A stretch of 30,661 bases of DNA, taken from Myxococcales bacterium. Lineage in GTDB: Bacteria; Desulfobacterota; Binatia; HRBIN30. The DNA lies in the NCBI GenBank assembly GCA_037445065.1, contig JBBILD010000029.1, forward strand, positions 1-30,661, given 5' to 3'. Position 1 is the stretch's first letter. Each line of letters starts with the position of its first letter. Under the pieces are notes generated by a model. That model worked only from the letters and a program-made list of their open reading frames with translations, had not been told where the DNA came from and did not search any database. Position numbers and translations under genes: made by a program. Positions 25,223 through 30,661 of the stretch are shown here, in pieces.

Positions 25223-25765
25223 GTGGGGACGCGGATCTGGGGATGGTTGCGGCAACAGGGGCTGGTGATCCGCGTAGTGGGAACCTTCTTTAGCATCATT
25301 TTTCTCGTGTTCTTGATGACCGACTACGAGCCGGTGGCGCGGCACGTCAACTTGGGCGGTTGGATGGCGGTGTTCGCGACCTGGGCCAGCGGGCTTATTT
25401 TGCGGATGCTCGCCCCGATTCTCGGCTTGGGCCTACAAATTGTTGGGACGCGGATCACTGTAGGTGGCTTCGCGGTGGATGTCACCGAGGCTTGCTCGGG
25501 AGTCGTGCCCACGGCCATTTATTGGGCGGCTGTGCTTGCCTACCCAGCCGGGTGGAGCTCGCGGCTCATCGGCCTCGCCTTGGGTACGGCGGTGATTCAC
25601 GGGCTCAACGTCTTGCGTGTGATCGCGCTCATCATTGTGGGTCTCTTCGCAAATCCGTACTTCCACCTGACGCACGTATACTTTGCCCAGGCGCTGATTA
25701 TCGTCGTCGCGGTGGCCACGTGGGTGTTCTGGGCGAACCGCTTTGCCGATGCGCATTCCTCTTGA
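25223..25765 (+). CDS. xrtH: Exosortase, probably exosortase H (IPTL-CTERM type)
   Basis: Short multi-TM protein with the exosortase/archaeosortase triad Cys (VTEACSG), Arg (LNVLR) and His (HVYFAQ). AAVLAYPAGW..RLIG and the ~180-aa size fit XrtH. An IPTL-like substrate is present in the window. Confidence 0.85.
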   Translation: MGTRIWGWLRQQGLVIRVVGTFFSIIFLVFLMTDYEPVARHVNLGGWMAVFATWASGLILRMLAPILGLGLQIVGTRITVGGFAVDVTEACSGVVPTAIYWAAVLAYPAGWSSRLIGLALGTAVIHGLNVLRVIALIIVGLFANPYFHLTHVYFAQALIIVVAVATWVFWANRFADAHSS

Positions 25766-26357
25766 TGCCGGCCGGTTCTTGGCTCGACTGAGCCTATGGT
25801 TCGTCGCCTGCTTTCTCGTGTGGCTGTGGCTCGGCCCGTTGTACACGCGTCTGTTGGCAGTGGGAGCTGAGGTTGCGGCCGGTGTGTTCGACCGCCCGAC
25901 CGCAGTGTGGAGCGAAGGGACGACGCTGTTTTTTTGGCCGCGTGGCGTGCCCCTTCCAAATCGCGCTCCTGCCATTGCTGCTGAGTGGATTCAGGCGAAC
26001 ACGATCTTGTTGCTAGCGCTCATGGCTGCCACGCCCGCGCGCAGCCGGAGTCTGAAGGCGAAGCGGTTTGCTACCGCCTTCGGCCTCGTTCTCGCGTGGC
26101 AAGTGTTCGATGTTTTCCTCGCAATCAAGTTCGGATACGCCACGCAGATTGACCCGCCAGCGTACAGCGAGCGAGCGAGATATTTCTACGCGTTCGCTAC
26201 CAATTTTGCGATGTATGTGGACACCCAAGTCGTACCGTTCGTGATTTGGGCCGGCATCCATTTCCGTGAACTGTTGGCGCGGGTAACCGCAAGAACAGAG
26301 GCTGCAACGGTCAGCGCGAACGCACCGCCTCGCCCGCGCAAGCACAAGCGCCGCTAG
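25749..26357 (+). CDS. Exosortase-associated membrane protein (non-catalytic exosortase-like)
   Basis: ATG overlaps the xrtH 3' end. About four TM helices. [10 protein letters not shown] parallels the xrtH segment IYWAAVLAYP, but no Cys/Arg/His triad is present. Confidence 0.75.
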   Translation: MRIPLDAGRFLARLSLWFVACFLVWLWLGPLYTRLLAVGAEVAAGVFDRPTAVWSEGTTLFFWPRGVPLPNRAPAIAAEWIQANTILLLALMAATPARSRSLKAKRFATAFGLVLAWQVFDVFLAIKFGYATQIDPPAYSERARYFYAFATNFAMYVDTQVVPFVIWAGIHFRELLARVTARTEAATVSANAPPRPRKHKRR

Positions 26358-29300
26358 TCCACTCCAGAAACGCGCACGTCCTCGAGGCGCAACGAGCGAC
26401 CAGACCAGCGTGGGGAAGTCGTGCGCAGCTCGAGCCAAGCGACCACACCCGGCTCGATCGGCTGTGCGCTGGCAAAGGCAACGCGCAGGGTGCGCCCTTG
26501 TTGTCGTTGCGCCATGAGGATGCGAGCCCGGCTGCGCGCAATCCGCAGCCGCACGGGTTGGTCCGAACCAGGAGCGACGACCGCCAGTTCCGCGCCGTAC
26601 ACGGGTACGCCCGGGCGCAAGACGAGCGGCGCGCGCAGCAGAACGCCGCGCGGCCGCGAGTATCGGCGCGTCGGCCCCACTGAGATGAGATGTCCATCGA
26701 ACCGTTGCGGTCCAGAGGACGGCAACCAGGAGCCGTTGACGTCGCCAAACAGGACCGCTGTGAAGTCCTGGCCGGCGAGGGACTGATCCAGGGGCCCGAG
26801 TGCAATTGCACCGAGCTCACAGCTGGGCGGGCTCACGTTGGGAAAGATCGAACTCTGTCCGGGCGCTGCCGCTGCTTGGGGGACGAAGGCCCACCACGAG
26901 TTGCACGCTTCAACGACCGGCAACTGAGGGATCAAGCCAACCAAGTACTGTAAGATCGCTACAGCATCGGCTGCCGAAACTCGGCCGTTGCCGTTCGTGT
27001 CAGCGGCCAGCAACTCCAATGCATCGGCAGCGCGCAAGCCAACGAGGTATTGCAGAACAGCAACCGCGTCTGCGGTCGTGACACCGAGAGCGGGAACCGT
27101 GGAGTAGCTGGGGCGCAGCTCGCCTTGGGAACCGGCGGGAACGCTCAAGGCGTAGTCGCCGTTGGCGTCGGTTTGCCCCGGGCTCGCTGTACCGAGGACC
27201 ACGGCCACGCCCTCTACCGGTGTGGTTCCACCACGATAGCGAATCGAGCCGGAAACAGAGACCGAAGCGTTTGGCGACGGCGAGGGCATGCCCGTGGGGG
27301 AGGGAGTCCAACTGGGGGTGAGGCTAGGTGTGCTCGTCCATGTGCGAGTGGAGGAAGGAGTCGGGGTGCGGGTTGCAGTCCGCGTGGCGGTCCAGGAAAA
27401 CGTGGCCGAAGGCGCGGGCGACAGAGTTTCGGTCGGCGATGCGGTCGGAGTGCGCGTCGGCGTCCGCGTGATGGTGGAAGTAAAGGTGGGAGTGATCGTG
27501 CTCGTTGGTGTGTGCGTGCGGGTGGGGGTGCGAGTCCAAGACGGCGTAAATGAAGCCGTTCGCGTGGGGCTGTTCGTAACCGTGGAAGTGGGAGTGACGC
27601 TGCGGGTTGGCGTCGTGGAGGCGGTAGAGGTCGCGGTGCGCGATGCCGTGTGAGTCGGCGGCGGCGAGAAGGTGGCCGTGACCGTGGGGGTACCGCTGAT
27701 GGTCGGGGTAAGGGTGATGGTCGCTGTGAGGCTGGGGGGTGGCGGGGGAGTTTCGGTGGGCGTTTGGGTTGCCGTTCCGGTGAGCGACGGGGTGGCTGTG
27801 ATTGTAGGTGTACGTGTCTCTGTCGGTGTGTCCGTTTGAGTCGGGGTCCTGGAGGGCGTAGCGGTAGGTGTGGCCGTCCGGGTCGGAGTGTGACTCGGGG
27901 TGTCGGTCGCGGTAGGCGTTGGCGTACGCGTGAGTGTGGGGGTACGCGTCGGCGTGCTGGTGCGGGTGGGCGTCGGCGTCCAGGTGGCGGTCCGGGTCAG
28001 GCTCGGGGTCCAGGTTGGGGTGAGGGTGCGAGTCGGGGTGTGGGAGCGCGTGGGTGTGTCGGTGGCGGTAGGGGTGACGGTGGCGGTTTCCGTCGGGGTG
28101 CGCGTAAGGGAAGGAGTGAAGGTTGGCCCGTTGTATGGGTAGACGAACTGGACGGCGGCGATATCGTCAGCACGGATCCCTGCGCACCTGCCATCGTTTT
28201 GAGCTCGGTAGTACATGGTGGCGTTGCGCAAAGTGGGATCGGGCTCGCTCGGGTTTTCCGACGAATGGCCGAACCCGATCGAGTGGCCCACCTCGTGGGT
28301 AAGCACCTCTGCAACCAGGCACGGTGTCCAAAAATTCGGGCATTGTGTAGACCAGCCATCGTTCATCACCACTTTCCCGGTGGTGATGCGGGCGAACGTG
28401 ACACCGTTTACGGTACGCTGATCCAGTGGCGTTGAACAAAACCCGCCGATGGCCAAGACTCCGCTGCAGTTCGAGGGATCGGTTACTTCTTCCCTCGGGT
28501 CATCGAAAATGATCCGGTTGAAGCCGCAGCCCCCATAACCCAACGGTGTCGGGGTCGGGAACCCCGGGGGTGCTGTGGGCGTCGGTGGGATCAGCCCGCC
28601 GTAGCCAAGGACGAGGCTTGTGTTGGGCGCGCTCGACCACACCGATAGGGCGTCGCTGACCGCGGTCATGGATGCTGCTTGCCCAATCCCGCTGTCGTAC
28701 GTGCTCACGTACGACACCGGAGTTCCGCCGTCCGCTTCATGCCAGCGCCCCGGAGGATTGCCGAGCAAGGTGAAGGCTGAACGATACTCGACGAGCTCCT
28801 CCGACGGTGCTGGCGCCTGGTTGGCTGCAGGACTCGGAACGAGCTCGAGGCGCATGCCCGTGCGCAATTCGATGCGCTCGAGCAGCGAGCCGAGGTCTTC
28901 CGTGACCGGAGCCGGGGAACTCAGACCTCGCCCGCGCGCATAGAGCACAGCGCCTTGCCCAAGTTCACGGACCGCAACTGCGCCCTGCGCGGAGCGCCGT
29001 ATGGCGTATTTGCCCATCGCGAGCGAGTTGGTTTGCAGGCTTCCGTCCGCGGTAGCGACCAGGAACAGCAGCACTTCTTCCCCGGTAACGAACTGCGGAG
29101 ACCCGAATACCCATTCGGTTCGATCCTCCACTTGTCCGCCGAGCTGGCGGATTTCTACCCACCCGTCGTCCAGCGTTCCTTTGAACAAGGTTCTTGGCTC
29201 GACGCGAATGTACGTGTAAATCGGCGCATCCGCGGCAGTCGTAGTAGAACGGATCTCGCGCACAGTGCCGAGCACGATCACATCGGAAGAATCCACTAAC

Positions 29301-29497
29301 GAAGGCTCGTCCATCAGGACGAACGTCGTGGCGAAGGAGGCCGCGCTCCAGGACAGTGTGGCCAGAACCAATGACCAGACCGGCAGCGACCTGCACAGGT
29401 ACGCCGTGGCGGAGGGTAACGCAGCGATCCGCCGGCCGGCGCGCGCGACCTGTGCGAAGAAAACTGCCCGCCAGCGCGTCCGTTGCTGCATGGACAC
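26354..29497 (-). CDS. Secreted matrixin-like (metzincin) metalloprotease with a Thr/Pro linker, Ig-like, dockerin-like and cohesin-like domains
   Basis: Signal region [27 protein letters not shown] at 28265-28297 plus Met-turn ATMY. ~285-aa Thr/Pro linker. [22 protein letters not shown] dockerin/EF-hand. Start is GTG 29497 or ATG 29491. Confidence 0.88.
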   Translation of the reverse strand: MSMQQRTRWRAVFFAQVARAGRRIAALPSATAYLCRSLPVWSLVLATLSWSAASFATTFVLMDEPSLVDSSDVIVLGTVREIRSTTTAADAPIYTYIRVEPRTLFKGTLDDGWVEIRQLGGQVEDRTEWVFGSPQFVTGEEVLLFLVATADGSLQTNSLAMGKYAIRRSAQGAVAVRELGQGAVLYARGRGLSSPAPVTEDLGSLLERIELRTGMRLELVPSPAANQAPAPSEELVEYRSAFTLLGNPPGRWHEADGGTPVSYVSTYDSGIGQAASMTAVSDALSVWSSAPNTSLVLGYGGLIPPTPTAPPGFPTPTPLGYGGCGFNRIIFDDPREEVTDPSNCSGVLAIGGFCSTPLDQRTVNGVTFARITTGKVVMNDGWSTQCPNFWTPCLVAEVLTHEVGHSIGFGHSSENPSEPDPTLRNATMYYRAQNDGRCAGIRADDIAAVQFVYPYNGPTFTPSLTRTPTETATVTPTATDTPTRSHTPTRTLTPTWTPSLTRTATWTPTPTRTSTPTRTPTLTRTPTPTATDTPSHTPTRTATPTATPSRTPTQTDTPTETRTPTITATPSLTGTATQTPTETPPPPPSLTATITLTPTISGTPTVTATFSPPPTHTASRTATSTASTTPTRSVTPTSTVTNSPTRTASFTPSWTRTPTRTHTPTSTITPTFTSTITRTPTRTPTASPTETLSPAPSATFSWTATRTATRTPTPSSTRTWTSTPSLTPSWTPSPTGMPSPSPNASVSVSGSIRYRGGTTPVEGVAVVLGTASPGQTDANGDYALSVPAGSQGELRPSYSTVPALGVTTADAVAVLQYLVGLRAADALELLAADTNGNGRVSAADAVAILQYLVGLIPQLPVVEACNSWWAFVPQAAAAPGQSSIFPNVSPPSCELGAIALGPLDQSLAGQDFTAVLFGDVNGSWLPSSGPQRFDGHLISVGPTRRYSRPRGVLLRAPLVLRPGVPVYGAELAVVAPGSDQPVRLRIARSRARILMAQRQQGRTLRVAFASAQPIEPGVVAWLELRTTSPRWSGRSLRLEDVRVSGVD
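27272..28126 (-). repeat. Low-complexity Thr-Pro-Thr-x coding repeat (linker)
   Basis: Imperfect TPTxTx repeats (TPTRTPT, TATPT, WTPS) with diverse codons. Confidence 0.9.
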
Positions 29498-29512
29498 CCC
29501 CCGCGGGTCAGC

Positions 29513-30661
29513 TTACTCGGCGCGAGCCTCGATCACGCTCGCCGACAGAGCGGTACGGTTCGCACGCTGGCGCGCACGCCATTCCAAGTAGAAGGCAGGC
29601 CGTCCGGTAACGAAACCTGAGGAAGTCGCTGCAGCTAAGCGCAATGCCCCGGGTTGTTTGGGGTTCACCACAATGATCGCTGGAGAGGAATCCGGTAACT
29701 GCCGCACCCCTACAAACTGCCACGCGGCACGGTCGTAGTGAAGTGCCAAAGTGAGGCCGCGCACCGGTCCGTTCTCGCTCGAGAGGTAGACGGGGACTCG
29801 GATCACCCTGCCGCGGCGACCGGCGCGTCCGAGGCGCACGAGACCAGCGTCGTGGGCAACGGCGCGAGCTGCGCGTTGCTGCAGCCCCGAGGGCGGAGTC
29901 CAACTTCCGTTGCAGTCCCCGATCATGACCGCACGAAAATCGCGCCCTTGCACCGGCTGGCTGAGGGGTGTGAACTCGATCGCCCCCTCGCTGCATTGCG
30001 GAGCCAGTGCAGGGAGATGCAAAGTTTCGCTGGCCACAGGGTCGCTGACCTCGGGCACGAATTTCCATGCTGAGCCACAAGCCACAGCGCCGGGGAGCAC
30101 CGATTCGAGTCCGACCAAGTAGCGCAGGATCGCCACGGCATCATTGGCGGTGAGCTGCCCGTTGCCGTCAGCATCGCAGGCGAGTGCATGATCCGCAGTG
30201 AAGGGGGCCAATCCCACAATGATCTGCAGCGCTTGAACCGCGTCCGCAGTACTGATGGAGGCAAGCGTCTCGCTCGAGCTGGGCACGATCAGCCAGTGGG
30301 CGGTGGCCAGGGAGGAGAATTCGTAACCGCCCAGCGAGTCGGTTGTTTTGGGGACGGAACCGACCGCGTTGTGTGCATCAACATGGACGCCCGCAAGCGG
30401 AGAGCCGTTACTGAAGTATCGGATCGTACCCGAAACTCCTTGTGGGCCGGTCAGGCTTCCCCCTTGCGACGTGGGAGTCGTGGTCGGCGGTGCCGTGGGG
30501 CTCGCTGAGGGAGAAAAGCTAGGTGTTGCCGTCGCAATCGGGGACAGAGTCGGTGTCCACGTGGGTAGGCCGGACGGCGTACGGCTCGGCGTTCGCGTCG
30601 GAGTTTCGGTGCGCGTCGTGGTGGGCGAGCGTGTGGGGGTATGGGTGGGGGTTGAAGTAGG
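29513..30661 (-). CDS. 5'-truncated secreted protein: Thr/Pro linker, Ig-like, dockerin-like and cohesin-like C-terminal module (tail paralogous to 26354..29497)
   Basis: Frame is open from the window end (PTSTPTHTPTRSPT...QGVSGTIRYFSNGSPLAGV...). Contains ISTADAVQALQIIVGL, DADGNGQLTANDAVAILRYLVGL, GDCNGSW and VIRVPVYLSSENGPVRGLTLALHYD...NPKQPGALRLAAA. Confidence 0.85.
   Translation of the reverse strand, partial: PTSTPTHTPTRSPTTTRTETPTRTPSRTPSGLPTWTPTLSPIATATPSFSPSASPTAPPTTTPTSQGGSLTGPQGVSGTIRYFSNGSPLAGVHVDAHNAVGSVPKTTDSLGGYEFSSLATAHWLIVPSSSETLASISTADAVQALQIIVGLAPFTADHALACDADGNGQLTANDAVAILRYLVGLESVLPGAVACGSAWKFVPEVSDPVASETLHLPALAPQCSEGAIEFTPLSQPVQGRDFRAVMIGDCNGSWTPPSGLQQRAARAVAHDAGLVRLGRAGRRGRVIRVPVYLSSENGPVRGLTLALHYDRAAWQFVGVRQLPDSSPAIIVVNPKQPGALRLAAATSSGFVTGRPAFYLEWRARQRANRTALSASVIEARAE

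Noticed and set aside
26354..26357. Convergent stop codons overlapping on CTAG
   Set aside because: This is real but a common compact-genome arrangement with no evidence of function.
27272..28126. CRISPR array or DNA tandem repeat
   Set aside because: The repetition is at the amino-acid level with variable codons. There are no identical repeats with unique spacers and no cas genes.
27288..28435. Plus-strand Val/Gly- and Arg/Gly-rich ORFs (27288..27653, 27650..28435, 27900..28142)
   Set aside because: They are antisense shadows of the Thr/Pro linker of the minus-strand protease.

Overview
GC-rich bacterial contig of cell-envelope and secreted-protein genes. The long Thr/Pro linkers, dockerin-like modules and Cys-rich secreted domains are reminiscent of Candidatus Binatia/Myxococcota-type genomes (inference only). 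I see no rRNA, tRNA, CRISPR array or transposase. In order, the window holds: (1) a 15-nt Illumina adapter remnant; (2) the 3' end of a surface protein with a choice-of-anchor U-like domain and an IPTL-CTERM-like 'VPVW' sorting tail, followed by an in-frame orphan second copy of that tail; (3) a cytoplasmic HEXXH protein; (4) a five-gene minus-strand operon, DUF1800-DUF1501(Tat)-atypical c-type cytochrome-DUF1800-DUF1501(Tat); (5) a five-gene minus-strand glycan operon with a clan GH-A barrel/GT2 fusion, an MsbA/NdvA-type ABC exporter and three paralogous GT-B-like proteins; (6) a CBS protein; (7) a membrane-anchored M1-type peptidase with a beta-propeller; (8) a 7-bladed RCC1-repeat secreted protein; (9) exosortase H and a catalytically dead-looking partner; (10) two secreted Thr/Pro-linker proteins, one a matrixin-type metalloprotease, sharing an Ig-like/permuted dockerin/cohesin-like tail. 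The best candidates for undescribed systems are the glycan synthase/exporter operon, the duplicated DUF1800/DUF1501-cytochrome operon, and the surface-display set (XrtH with VPVW tails, plus dockerin/cohesin tails). All family calls come from motif recognition by eye, not from database searches.
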